A DNA stretch of 64,000 nt from Escherichia coli (GTDB lineage: Bacteria > Pseudomonadota > Gammaproteobacteria > Enterobacterales > Enterobacteriaceae). Position numbers and translations under genes: made by a program. The DNA is taken from the NCBI RefSeq assembly GCF_030384885.1, contig NZ_CP128613.1, one strand, 5' to 3'. The notes beneath the pieces are model-generated. The model ran no database searches, was not told where the DNA came from, and saw nothing but the letters and a program-made list of their open reading frames with translations. Below, piece by piece: positions 10,186-20,255 of this stretch (positions are counted from its first letter, which is position 1; each line of letters starts with the position of its first letter).

Positions 10186-12234
10186 ATGAACATGTTTTTT
10201 AGGCTTACCGCGTTAGCTGGCCTGCTTGCAATAGCAGGCCAGACCTTCGCTGTAGAAGATATCACGCGTGCTGATCAAATTCCGGTGTTAAAGGAAGAGA
10301 CGCAGCATGCGACGGTGAGTGAGCGCGTAACGTCGCGCTTCACCCGTTCTCATTATCGCCAGTTCGACCTCGATCAGGCATTTTCGGCTAAAATCTTTGA
10401 CCGCTACCTGAATCTGCTCGATTACAGCCACAACGTGCTGCTGGCAAGCGATGTTGAACAGTTCGCAAAAAAGAAAACCGAGTTGGGTGATGAACTGCGT
10501 TCAGGCAAACTCGACGTTTTCTACGGTCTCTACAATCTGGCACAAAAGCGCCGTTTTGAACGTTACCAGTACGCTTTGTCGGTACTGGAAAAGCCGATGG
10601 ATTTCACCGGCAACGACACTTATAACCTTGACCGCAGCAAAGCGCCCTGGCCGAAAAACGAGGCTGAGTTGAACGCGCTGTGGGACAGTAAAGTCAAATT
10701 CGACGAGTTAAGTCTTAAGCTGACAGGAAAAACGGATAAAGAAATTCGTGAAACCCTGACTCGCCGCTATAAATTTGCTATTCGTCGTCTGGCGCAAACC
10801 AACAGCGAAGATGTTTTCTCGCTGGCAATGACGGCGTTTGCACGTGAAATCGACCCGCATACCAACTATCTTTCCCCGCGTAATACCGAACAGTTCAACA
10901 CTGAAATGAGTTTGTCGCTGGAAGGTATTGGCGCAGTGCTGCAAATGGATGATGACTACACCGTTATCAATTCGATGGTGGCAGGTGGCCCGGCAGCGAA
11001 GAGTAAAGCTATCAGCGTTGGTGACAAAATTGTCGGTGTTGGTCAAACAGGCAAGCCGATGGTTGACGTGATTGGCTGGCGTCTTGATGACGTGGTTGCC
11101 TTAATTAAAGGGCCGAAGGGCAGTAAAGTTCGTCTGGAAATTTTACCTGCTGGTAAAGGGACCAAGACCCGTACTGTAACGTTGACCCGTGAACGTATTC
11201 GCCTCGAAGACCGCGCGGTTAAAATGTCGGTGAAGACCGTCGGTAAAGAGAAAGTTGGCGTGCTGGATATTCCTGGCTTCTATGTGGGTTTGACAGATGA
11301 TGTCAAAGTACAACTGCAGAAACTGGAAAAACAGAATGTCAGCAGTGTGATCATCGACCTGCGTAGCAATGGCGGTGGGGCGTTGACCGAGGCAGTATCG
11401 CTTTCAGGCCTGTTTATTCCTGCAGGTCCGATTGTTCAGGTTCGTGATAACAACGGTAAAGTTCGTGAAGACAGCGATACCGACGGTCAGGTCTTCTATA
11501 AAGGCCCGCTGGTGGTGCTGGTTGACCGCTTTAGTGCTTCGGCTTCAGAAATCTTTGCTGCGGCAATGCAGGATTACGGTCGTGCGCTGGTTGTGGGTGA
11601 ACCGACATTTGGTAAAGGCACTGTCCAGCAGTACCGTTCATTGAACCGTATTTACGATCAGATGTTACGTCCTGAATGGCCAGCTTTGGGTTCTGTTCAA
11701 TACACGATCCAGAAATTCTATCGCGTTAACGGCGGCAGTACGCAACGTAAGGGCGTAACGCCAGACATCATCATGCCGACAGGTAATGAAGAAACGGAAA
11801 CGGGAGAGAAATTTGAAGATAACGCGCTGCCGTGGGATAGCATTGATGCTGCAACCTATGTGAAATCAGGCGATTTAACGGCCTTTGAACCGGAGTTGCT
11901 GAAGGCGCATAATGCGCGTATCGCGAAAGATCCTGAGTTCCAGAACATCATGAAGGATATCGCGCGCTTCAACGCCATGAAGGACAAGCGCAATATCGTT
12001 TCTCTAAATTACGCGGTGCGTGAGAAAGAGAATAATGAAGATGATGCGACGCGTCTGGCGCGTTTGAACGAACGCTTTAAACGCGAAGGTAAACCGGAGT
12101 TGAAGAAGCTGGATGATCTACCGAAAGATTACCAGGAACCGGATCCTTATCTGGATGAGACGGTGAATATCGCACTCGATTTGGCGAAGCTTGAAAAAGC
12201 CAGACCCGCGGAACAACCCGCTCCCGTCAAGTAA
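10186..12234 (+). CDS. prc: Tail-specific periplasmic protease Prc (Tsp)
   Basis: 682-aa product MNMFFRLTALAGLLAIAGQTFAVEDITRADQ... (signal peptide, PDZ and S41 peptidase regions); begins 19 nt after proQ stop. Confidence 0.93.
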   Translation: MNMFFRLTALAGLLAIAGQTFAVEDITRADQIPVLKEETQHATVSERVTSRFTRSHYRQFDLDQAFSAKIFDRYLNLLDYSHNVLLASDVEQFAKKKTELGDELRSGKLDVFYGLYNLAQKRRFERYQYALSVLEKPMDFTGNDTYNLDRSKAPWPKNEAELNALWDSKVKFDELSLKLTGKTDKEIRETLTRRYKFAIRRLAQTNSEDVFSLAMTAFAREIDPHTNYLSPRNTEQFNTEMSLSLEGIGAVLQMDDDYTVINSMVAGGPAAKSKAISVGDKIVGVGQTGKPMVDVIGWRLDDVVALIKGPKGSKVRLEILPAGKGTKTRTVTLTRERIRLEDRAVKMSVKTVGKEKVGVLDIPGFYVGLTDDVKVQLQKLEKQNVSSVIIDLRSNGGGALTEAVSLSGLFIPAGPIVQVRDNNGKVREDSDTDGQVFYKGPLVVLVDRFSASASEIFAAAMQDYGRALVVGEPTFGKGTVQQYRSLNRIYDQMLRPEWPALGSVQYTIQKFYRVNGGSTQRKGVTPDIIMPTGNEETETGEKFEDNALPWDSIDAATYVKSGDLTAFEPELLKAHNARIAKDPEFQNIMKDIARFNAMKDKRNIVSLNYAVREKENNEDDATRLARLNERFKREGKPELKKLDDLPKDYQEPDPYLDETVNIALDLAKLEKARPAEQPAPVK

Positions 12235-12238
12235 CATC

Positions 12239-12270
12239 AATCAGGCACAAGAAATTGTGCCTGATTTTTT
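12239..12270 (+). terminator. Intrinsic terminator after prc
   Basis: Hairpin TCAGGCACA-AGAAAT-TGTGCCTGA followed by TTTTTT. Confidence 0.7.
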
Positions 12271-12425
12271 AACAGCGGCAAGATGCCGTAAATCAGATGC
12301 TACAAAATGTAAAGTTGTGTCTTTCTGGTGACTTACGCACTATCCAGACTTGAAAATAGTCGCGTAACCCATACGATGTGGGTATCGCATATTGCGTTTT
12401 GTTAAACTGAGGTAAAAAGAAAATT

Positions 12426-13307
12426 ATGATGCGAATCGCGCTCTTCCTGCTAACGAACCTGGCCGTAATGGTCGTTTTCGGGCTGGTACTGAGCCTGACA
12501 GGGATACAGTCGAGCAGCGTTCAGGGGCTGATGATCATGGCCTTGCTGTTCGGTTTTGGTGGTTCCTTCGTTTCGCTTCTGATGTCCAAATGGATGGCAT
12601 TACGATCTGTTGGCGGGGAAGTGATCGAGCAACCGCGTAACGAAAGGGAACGTTGGCTGGTCAATACTGTAGCAACCCAGGCTCGTCAGGCGGGGATCGC
12701 TATGCCGCAAGTGGCTATCTACCATGCGCCGGACATCAACGCTTTTGCAACCGGTGCGCGCCGTGATGCCTCTCTGGTTGCTGTCAGCACCGGTTTGCTG
12801 CAGAACATGAGCCCGGATGAAGCTGAGGCGGTAATTGCTCACGAAATCAGTCACATCGCCAATGGTGATATGGTCACCATGACGCTGATTCAGGGCGTGG
12901 TGAACACCTTCGTTATCTTTATTTCCCGTATTCTGGCGCAGTTGGCTGCTGGCTTCATGGGCGGTAACCGTGACGAAGGTGAAGAGAGCAACGGCAACCC
13001 ACTGATCTACTTTGCGGTTGCAACGGTTCTGGAACTGGTGTTTGGTATTCTGGCGAGCATTATCACCATGTGGTTCTCGCGTCACCGTGAATTCCACGCC
13101 GATGCGGGTTCAGCAAAACTGGTTGGTCGTGAGAAAATGATTGCCGCGCTGCAACGCCTGAAAACCAGCTATGAACCACAAGAAGCAACCAGCATGATGG
13201 CTTTCTGTATTAACGGGAAGTCGAAATCGCTCAGTGAGTTGTTCATGACTCACCCGCCGCTGGATAAACGTATTGAAGCTCTGCGTACGGGTGAATACCT
13301 GAAGTAA
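12426..13307 (+). CDS. htpX: Membrane zinc metalloprotease HtpX (M48)
   Basis: 293-aa product with HEISH zinc-binding motif ([11 protein letters not shown]) and TM helices. Confidence 0.93.
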
Positions 13308-13322
13308 TATGAAGTAAATACT

Positions 13323-13352
13323 AAAAAGCGCGTCCTGATCGACGCGCTTTTT
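13323..13352. terminator. Bidirectional terminator between convergent htpX and yebQ
   Basis: Palindrome AAGCGCGTC-CTGAT-CGACGCGCTT with A-run upstream and T-run downstream. Confidence 0.7.
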
Positions 13353-14726
13353 TTATGCCCTGGATCGTGGCTGGGTAATACGTAAGCCACTGACACAGGC
13401 AGCAATCACTGCCAGAATAGCCGCAGCCATCAGCGAGACGTGTGTACCATTATCACCAAACTGATTTAGCATCAGCGCCACCAGCGCCGCGCCACTACTC
13501 TGACCCAATAGACGAGCCGTCCCTAACATGCCACTGGCCCCACCGCTACGTTCGCGCGGAGCGGAGGTAATAATGGTGTGGTTATTGGGTGACTGGAATA
13601 AGCCAAATCCAGCGCCACATAAGATCATCGGCCAGATAATATTGATATCCGCAGGTGACGCGGGCAGCAGAACCAGGGAAAAAAGCCCAGCAGCCATGAT
13701 GAGCAACCCTAAAGCACCCAGCAATCCTGCATGTACGCGTTCAATCAAATAGCCTGCCAGCGGAGCCATCACCATTGTTGCTAACGGCCACGGTGTCAGA
13801 AGTAAACCTGTTTCGACTTCACTACGCCCGAGCACGTTTTGCAGGTAAAAGGGCAGGGAAACCATTGCCAGCATTTGTGCGCAGAAAGAGCAAACAGATG
13901 TGCAAATAGAAAGTGAAAACAGCGGGATACGCAGTAAATCCACCGGTAGCAGCGGTACGGGAAGAGAAAGCTGGCGGCGAATAAAGAAAATACCAACGAC
14001 AACCATTACCACCAGTTCCGCGCCAATCAACGTCAGCGATTGCCCCTGAGCGAAACCACTCAATGCAGTAATAAGCAGGCCGAAGGTTAACGCGTTCATC
14101 ACGGCGCTGGGCAGGTCGAAACGGGGTTTACTGGCACGAGAGCCATTGGGTGGCAGAAAACGCATGGCCAGAAGCAGGGCGATAATACCCAACGGTACGT
14201 TGATTAAAAATAACCATTTCCAGGATGCGATGGAGAGGATTGCTGCAGCAATTGTCGGCCCGGCAGCAGAAGAGACGGCAACAATAAACGAGTTTATGCC
14301 CATCCCTCTACCCAGAAAACGTTGTGGATAGATCAGGCGGATAAGTGCGGTATTAACGCTCATCAACGCTGCACCGCCGAAACCTTGTATGACACGCGCA
14401 AGGGTGAGCATTTGTAGCGAATCAGAAAGGGCACAGAACAGTGAAGACAACAGAAAAACGACCAGACCGCATTTATAAATACGTCGATAGCCAAACATAT
14501 CGCCCAGAAACGAAAACGAGAGCAGGGAGATGACAATGGCGATTTGATAGGCGTTCACTACCCAGATGGAACTGGCCGGTGTGGCATGAAGGTCTGTGGC
14601 GATTGTTGGCAAGGCGACGTTGGCGATTGCGCCGTCAAGCACAGCCATCGAAATACCAATCACAATGGTTAATATCGCACCGTATCGCTGGGGCAACGGC
14701 AGGCCGTCGGCCTGAACTTTTGGCAT
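13353..14726 (-). CDS. yebQ: MFS-family transporter YebQ
   Basis: 457-aa 14-TM-like MFS product starting MPKVQADGLPLPQRYGAILTIVIG...; ORF extends upstream to 14837 but recalled protein starts at this Met. Confidence 0.85.
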   Translation of the reverse strand: MPKVQADGLPLPQRYGAILTIVIGISMAVLDGAIANVALPTIATDLHATPASSIWVVNAYQIAIVISLLSFSFLGDMFGYRRIYKCGLVVFLLSSLFCALSDSLQMLTLARVIQGFGGAALMSVNTALIRLIYPQRFLGRGMGINSFIVAVSSAAGPTIAAAILSIASWKWLFLINVPLGIIALLLAMRFLPPNGSRASKPRFDLPSAVMNALTFGLLITALSGFAQGQSLTLIGAELVVMVVVGIFFIRRQLSLPVPLLPVDLLRIPLFSLSICTSVCSFCAQMLAMVSLPFYLQNVLGRSEVETGLLLTPWPLATMVMAPLAGYLIERVHAGLLGALGLLIMAAGLFSLVLLPASPADINIIWPMILCGAGFGLFQSPNNHTIITSAPRERSGGASGMLGTARLLGQSSGAALVALMLNQFGDNGTHVSLMAAAILAVIAACVSGLRITQPRSRA

Positions 14727-14902
14727 AGGAATTTTATATCTTTGGTGAATAATCAACAGGGGTAAGATTCTAGCACTGATATTCACGGTGGATGTCGCAG
14801 AATTGTAACTAACCGGCAAAAGATGGATTGCGACCACCCAGGTGCGAAATTATAATAAAAAACAGTTCTGATTTTTATAAAACACTCGCAACGAGGTGAT
14901 AA

Positions 14903-15694
14903 ATGGCTAACGCAGATCTGGATAAACAGCCTGATTCTGTATCTTCCGTGCTGAAAGTTTTTGGCATTTTGCAGGCGCTGGGTGAAGAGCGCGAAATAGG
15001 GATAACCGAGCTGTCGCAGCGCGTCATGATGTCAAAAAGCACCGTTTATCGCTTTTTACAGACCATGAAAACCCTGGGTTATGTGGCGCAGGAAGGGGAG
15101 TCGGAGAAATATTCGCTGACCTTGAAATTGTTTGAACTGGGCGCTCGCGCGTTACAAAACGTCGATTTAATTCGTAGCGCAGATATCCAGATGCGTGAGA
15201 TCTCCCGCCTGACGAAAGAAACTATCCACCTCGGCGCACTGGACGAAGACAGTATTGTTTACATCCACAAAATTGACTCTATGTACAATTTGCGCATGTA
15301 TTCACGGATTGGTCGTCGTAATCCGCTGTACAGCACCGCGATTGGTAAGGTACTGCTGGCATGGCGCGATCGCGATGAAGTGAAGCAAATTCTCGAGGGC
15401 GTGGAGTATAAACGCAGTACCGAACGGACCATCACCAGTACAGAAGCGTTATTACCCGTTCTGGACCAGGTGCGCGAGCAGGGGTATGGCGAAGATAACG
15501 AAGAGCAGGAAGAAGGACTGCGTTGCATTGCGGTTCCGGTATTTGATCGCTTTGGCGTGGTCATTGCCGGTCTGAGCATCTCCTTCCCGACGTTGCGTTT
15601 CTCTGAAGAGCGTTTACAGGAATATGTCGCAATGTTGCATACCGCGGCGCGCAAAATTTCTGCCCAAATGGGTTATCACGACTATCCGTTCTGA
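14903..15694 (+). CDS. kdgR: IclR-family transcriptional repressor KdgR
   Basis: 263-aa product MANADLDKQPDSVSSVLKVFGILQALGEE... with N-terminal HTH and IclR effector domain. Confidence 0.92.
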   Translation: MANADLDKQPDSVSSVLKVFGILQALGEEREIGITELSQRVMMSKSTVYRFLQTMKTLGYVAQEGESEKYSLTLKLFELGARALQNVDLIRSADIQMREISRLTKETIHLGALDEDSIVYIHKIDSMYNLRMYSRIGRRNPLYSTAIGKVLLAWRDRDEVKQILEGVEYKRSTERTITSTEALLPVLDQVREQGYGEDNEEQEEGLRCIAVPVFDRFGVVIAGLSISFPTLRFSEERLQEYVAMLHTAARKISAQMGYHDYPF

Positions 15695-15837
15695 TGAGAG
15701 TAAGAACCTGTCTGAATATCAAACAGACAGGTTCTTTATTTAGCATGAGAAAAATAAAGTTGAAGGTGGCGTTATATTAAACGCACTTGCGATAAGAATA
15801 TTTTACTTATGAGTGAGAATCTGGTTATTTATTACCC

Positions 15838-16077
15838 TTAACCATTATCGACCACAATATTGCTTTTACGTAACAACGGGCAATCTGTTATCCCCAGAAA
15901 ACCACTTTTAGTGTGCAGGTATTGTACCGTGCTGGTGCCTCTGGCGGTCAGATAGGTACATTGCAAACCTAATCCCGCGGCATTCTCTTTGCTTCCAATC
16001 AAAACGCCATATCCGCTGAGTAATAATCCTATCCATACCAGTGCTATCAGCATAACTGTGCGAATGATGAATCGCAT
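15838..16077 (-). CDS. yobH: Small membrane/secreted protein YobH
   Basis: 79-aa ORF MRFIIRTVMLIALVWIGLLLSGYG... with N-terminal hydrophobic helix. Confidence 0.8.
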   Translation of the reverse strand: MRFIIRTVMLIALVWIGLLLSGYGVLIGSKENAAGLGLQCTYLTARGTSTVQYLHTKSGFLGITDCPLLRKSNIVVDNG

Positions 16078-16235
16078 TACAACCTCTTCTCTTTTTATGT
16101 TCGCTTAATCGTAGCGGCAATATGCGCTGAAGCAAGCGACTCATTCTGAAAAAGCACGAATATCGACATAGTTAGGCGCTGTTTAACTAACACATGCTAG
16201 TTTAATGACATAAGGTAGGTGAAACGGAGATTGGA

Positions 16236-16379
16236 GTGAAAAAGTTTCGATGGGTCGTTCTGGTTGTCGTGGTGTTGGCTTGCTTGCTGCTTTGGGCGCA
16301 GGTATTCAACATGATGTGCGATCAGGATGTACAATTTTTCAGCGGAATTTGTGCCATTAACCAGTTTATCCCGTGGTGA
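16236..16379 (+). CDS. mgrB: PhoQ-inhibiting small membrane protein MgrB (47 aa)
   Basis: GTG-initiated ORF (not in >=60-aa track) translating to (M)[46 protein letters not shown]; GGAG RBS upstream. Confidence 0.88.
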
Positions 16380-16453
16380 TATCATTTTTTCAGCACTAGA
16401 TTTTCTTCCTCTCCAGCAGTGGTAGAATAGCGCCTCTACTCAGAGGTGGTGAA

Positions 16454-16741
16454 ATGAACGAAGTTGTAAATTCAGGCGTGATGAACATTGCGTCTTTGGT
16501 TGTATCGGTGGTGGTTCTTCTTATCGGGCTCATCTTGTGGTTTTTTATCAATCGTGCCAGTTCACGAACTAACGAACAGATTGAACTGCTTGAGGCGTTG
16601 CTGGATCAGCAAAAACGTCAAAATGCACTGTTACGTCGTTTGTGCGAAGCAAACGAACCTGAGAAAGCAGATAAAAAGACCGTTGAGAGTCAAAAATCGG
16701 TTGAAGACGAAGATATTATTCGTCTGGTCGCCGAACGGTAA
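16454..16741 (+). CDS. yebO: Small membrane protein YebO
   Basis: 95-aa ORF MNEVVNSGVMNIASLVVSVVVLLIGLILWFFINR... TM helix plus charged C-terminus. Confidence 0.85.
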   Translation: MNEVVNSGVMNIASLVVSVVVLLIGLILWFFINRASSRTNEQIELLEALLDQQKRQNALLRRLCEANEPEKADKKTVESQKSVEDEDIIRLVAER

Positions 16742-16754
16742 TCCTTCCTCAATC

Positions 16755-16795
16755 TTGAGTAACCCCGTCGTTGAAGGGTTACTCAATTCATCCTG
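16755..16795 (+). terminator. Hairpin terminator after yebO
   Basis: Perfect inverted repeat TTGAGTAACCC...GGGTTACTCAA immediately after the yebO stop; the T-run is weak. Confidence 0.5.
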
Positions 16796-17410
16796 ATTAT
16801 ACGCACTGTCATGGTGCAACTGCTTCAATTTAAAACTCTGGTCTGACTTCAAATAATTATCATATTATTTATTTGCGTAACGGGATATCAGAAAAAGATA
16901 TTTAGCCCATTAATTTATTAGGATGTTTACATCGGATTTGTGATTAAGCGTGTTATTATTTATTAGCGAAACGTTTCTCTCTTGATTTTTTTGCGCATTC
17001 ATCAATTTTTCTTATTTTAAATTTACAATACCTTTGGGGATTGACTTCTCTTTGGGGTGATTGATAGCCGTTAACTGACTGTTTTATGAGAAAAAGTGAT
17101 ATAACTTTTTATTCATTGCATAGCAGAAAATGTGATATTGCACGCACTATGTAATAACTTCTCCCATTGGCCTGGAACAACTGAACTTATTGAACTATGT
17201 TAGAAAATACGTCAGTTTAAGTATCTGCCTGAACTGGCAAGGTTAAGCACAATGATATATCGGCGCGTATTCCGTTGCATAAGTGTGCAAAAAAAGTGGA
17301 AGACGTATCGAGATTTGTGCGTCTGATCGAGACATGTTTAAAAATGGCTTGCCATAATTAACGTTGTATGTGATAACAGATTTCGGGTTAAACGAGGTAC
17401 AGTTCTGTTT

Positions 17411-17554
17411 ATGTGTGGCATTTTCAGTAAAGAAGTCCTGAGTAAACACGTTGACGTTGAATACCGCTTCTCTGCCGAGCCTTATATTGGTGCCTCATGC
17501 AGTAATGTGTCAGTTTTATCTATGTTATGCCTGCGGGCGAAGAAAACAATCTAA
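17411..17554 (+). CDS. yobF: Small protein YobF (47 aa), co-transcribed with cspC
   Basis: ATG ORF (below track threshold) giving [47 protein letters not shown]; ends 12 nt before cspC. Confidence 0.8.
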
Positions 17555-17566
17555 GGAATTTTTCAA

Positions 17567-17776
17567 ATGGCAAAGATTAAAGGTCAGGTTAAGTGGTTCA
17601 ACGAGTCTAAAGGTTTTGGCTTCATTACTCCGGCTGATGGCAGCAAAGACGTGTTCGTACACTTCTCCGCTATCCAGGGTAATGGCTTCAAAACTCTGGC
17701 TGAAGGTCAGAACGTTGAGTTCGAAATTCAGGACGGTCAGAAAGGTCCGGCAGCTGTTAACGTAACAGCTATCTGA
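17567..17776 (+). CDS. cspC: Cold-shock-domain protein CspC
   Basis: 69-aa product [37 protein letters not shown]... with RNP1/RNP2 motifs. Confidence 0.95.
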
Positions 17777-17822
17777 TCGAATCCACTGATCTGAAGTGTG
17801 AAGACACTTCAATCTCGCTATA

Positions 17823-17849
17823 AAGCCTCGTCGAATGCGAGGCTTTTTA
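17823..17849 (+). terminator. Intrinsic terminator after cspC
   Basis: Hairpin AAGCCTCG-TCGAAT-GCGAGGCTT followed by TTTT. Confidence 0.8.
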
Positions 17850-17941
17850 CTTTGTTTTATCTTCGCTCCTGGCGTTCGGATATTTGCCCGCCGCGTGATT
17901 CGCGTTACACTTGCGGCCTTTAGTATCCTGCCGGAGTTGTC

Positions 17942-18751
17942 ATGTCGTTTTCCTGTCCACTTTGCCATCAGCCTCTTTCGCGTGAAAAAAACAGCTATAT
18001 CTGTCCCCAGCGACATCAGTTTGATATGGCGAAAGAAGGGTATGTCAATCTGCTGCCCGTTCAGCATAAACGGTCTCGTGATCCGGGCGACAGCGCGGAA
18101 ATGATGCAAGCACGCCGCGCATTCTTAGATGCCGGACATTATCAGCCGCTGCGTGATGCAATTGTCGCCCAACTGCGGGAACGGCTTGATGAAAAGGCCA
18201 CGGCGGTGCTGGATATTGGCTGTGGTGAAGGGTATTACACACACGCATTTGCCGATGCGCTGCCCGAAATCACCACGTTTGGCCTGGATGTCTCGAAGGT
18301 AGCGATAAAAGCGGCGGCGAAACGCTATCCGCAGGTCACTTTTTGTGTTGCTTCCAGCCACCGTTTGCCGTTTTCCGATACCAGTATGGACGCCATAATA
18401 CGTATTTACGCGCCGTGTAAAGCAGAAGAATTAGCGCGAGTAGTGAAGCCCGGCGGTTGGGTCATTACTGCCACGCCGGGACCGCGACATTTGATGGAGC
18501 TGAAGGGGCTGATTTACAATGAAGTACATCTTCACGCACCTCATGCAGAACAACTGGAAGGTTTTACATTACAGCAGAGTGATGAGTTGTGTTATCCGAT
18601 GCGTCTTCGCGGTGACGAAGCCGTCGCGTTATTGCAGATGACGCCGTTTGCCTGGCGTGCGAAACCAGAAGTCTGGCAAACGCTGGCAGCAAAAGAAGTG
18701 TTCGACTGCCAGACGGACTTTAATATTCACCTCTGGCAGCGTTCTTATTAA
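17942..18751 (+). CDS. rlmA: 23S rRNA m1G745 methyltransferase RlmA (RrmA)
   Basis: 269-aa product with N-terminal Cys4 zinc-binding element (CPLCHQ...CPQRH) and SAM-MTase motif DIGCGEGYY. Confidence 0.92.
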
Positions 18752-19314
18752 CCGTGGAAGTGCGTCCAGAGGATCTGGACGCCGATGCCGATCAGTACCA
18801 GCCCACCGAGAATTTCCGCTTTCTTCCCAATAATTGAGCCGATAAAGCGACCAACCATCATCCCTAATGTCGACATAATCAAGGTTGCACAACCAATGGC
18901 CAATGCGGTCGCGATAATGTTGACCTGCAGGAAGGCGAGACCAACACCTACAGCCATCGCATCCAGGCTGGTGGCAATCGCGGTGGTTACCAGTAGCCAG
19001 AAACCGTGTCGACGGCGCGGTTCTTCATCTTCATCATCTGCGCCACGAAAACCCTCAATAATCATTCGCCCGCCGAGGAATATCAGCAGCACAAACGCAA
19101 TCCAGTGGTTCCATTCAAGGACAAACCGGCTGGCTAACATGCCCATTCCCCAGCCGATCAGCGGCGTCAGGGTTTCGACGGCACCAAAAATAAGGCCAGT
19201 TCGCAAAGCTTCAGAAAATTTCGGTTTATGGAGGGTGGCACCTTTACCGATTGATGCAGCAAATGCATCCATCGACATACCAAACGCAAGAAGAACAGTA
19301 GCAGTGATATTCAT
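18748..19314 (-). CDS. mntP: Manganese efflux pump MntP
   Basis: 188-aa product [25 protein letters not shown]...; start at internal Met of ORF 18748..19368; overlaps rlmA stop by 4 nt (convergent). Confidence 0.9.
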
Positions 19315-19321
19315 GACAACG

Positions 19322-19536
19322 TCCTGACCGGGGTATCCATAAAACACATCATCGCCCCCAGCAAACATGCATACATGAACAACAAACTGCGATGATTTTC
19401 GCGTTCATGCAGGCATAGCGATTGATGTGCATATGGTCTCGCCTGACTGAAAGTGTTCAGTCCGTACGTGCCACGTTTTGCAACGAGTATGTTGACACGT
19501 ACATTTCCGGAATCTGGAAATCGGCTACTCCCCAAA
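19322..19536 (-). promoter_or_regulatory. yybP-ykoY-family Mn(2+) riboswitch in the mntP 5' leader
   Basis: Minus-strand leader contains the conserved GGGGAGUAGCC element (plus-strand GGCTACTCCCC at ~19523..19533) and downstream GGAUACCCCGG-like segment; E. coli mntP is known to carry this riboswitch; exact ends approximate. Confidence 0.65.
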
Positions 19537-19742
19537 TGAGGGCGCAACATTAACATATTTTTAGAATATAAAACAACTGTTGGGATATATTATTTCAGCA
19601 GTTAATTGATAACGATTGTCATTTAGATTTATATATCAATGAAACGTTAAAATAAATAACAAATAAGGGAAGGGGTAATATAGCCTAAGCTATGTCTGAT
19701 TATTAAAAATACACTAAACATAGCTTTGGCTAAATTGATAAC

Positions 19743-20201
19743 TTATTGAGTTGAAACGAGAAGCTTATAAATTTTTTCCAGATCGTCGATATTTCGAACG
19801 CGAATTAACAGCCGGCGCTGTTCTAATTGCATCACCAACACGCCATCTTCCGACAAGTTCATCGCTTTGATTCGGCTATATTCAATCCAGACATTGGCGA
19901 AGAAAAAACCTTTTTGTTTAAAGATGATCTTCGGAACGCGGATCCAGAATATATAAAACCCCATTAGAGCCAGTGCACTTAATAACCATGTCGTTATTTG
20001 CGCGCCATGATTCGTGACGTTGTTATAGATAAGAATGACAATCAGTCCTACGAAGATAACGCTGTCGATGCGGCCACGTCGGAGCAAAGGAATTGCCAGC
20101 AGGGTGGGGCCGTTGCGGCGGGGCATGATGAACTGATCGTAGATCGCGAAGGTCAGGAGTGCGGCGATAAAAAGAATCAGTACCAGGTCCGTGATTGTCA
20201 T
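19743..20201 (-). CDS. yobD: UPF0266 inner-membrane protein YobD
   Basis: 152-aa [34 protein letters not shown]... with three predicted TM helices. Confidence 0.88.
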   Translation of the reverse strand: MTITDLVLILFIAALLTFAIYDQFIMPRRNGPTLLAIPLLRRGRIDSVIFVGLIVILIYNNVTNHGAQITTWLLSALALMGFYIFWIRVPKIIFKQKGFFFANVWIEYSRIKAMNLSEDGVLVMQLEQRRLLIRVRNIDDLEKIYKLLVSTQ

Positions 20202-20211
20202 TAATCCTCCA

Positions 20212-20240
20212 GATAAAAAAACGGGGCCAAAAGGCCCCGG
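20212..20240 (-). terminator. Intrinsic terminator after manZ
   Basis: GGGGCC-AAAA-GGCCCC hairpin with T-run on minus strand (A7 on plus) just downstream of manZ stop. Confidence 0.75.
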
Positions 20241-20255
20241 TAGTGTACAACAGTC

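Noticed and set aside
13353-14837. N-terminally extended versions of several genes in the ORF track (yebQ 494 aa, dgcJ 556 aa, yeaW 414 aa, prc 698 aa, letB 891 aa, msrC 183 aa, dgcP 384 aa)
   Set aside because: The extensions run into upstream intergenic or neighbouring-gene sequence and the recognised proteins begin at internal Met/GTG/TTG codons; the track reports the longest ORF, not the real start.
17243-17449. 68-aa minus-strand ORF in the yobF-cspC upstream region
   Set aside because: Overlaps the yobF start on the opposite strand in an AT-rich promoter region; no RBS or recognisable features.
17525-18109. 194-aa minus-strand ORF spanning cspC and the start of rlmA
   Set aside because: Opposite strand to two well-supported genes and their terminator; would read through the cspC terminator hairpin; judged spurious.
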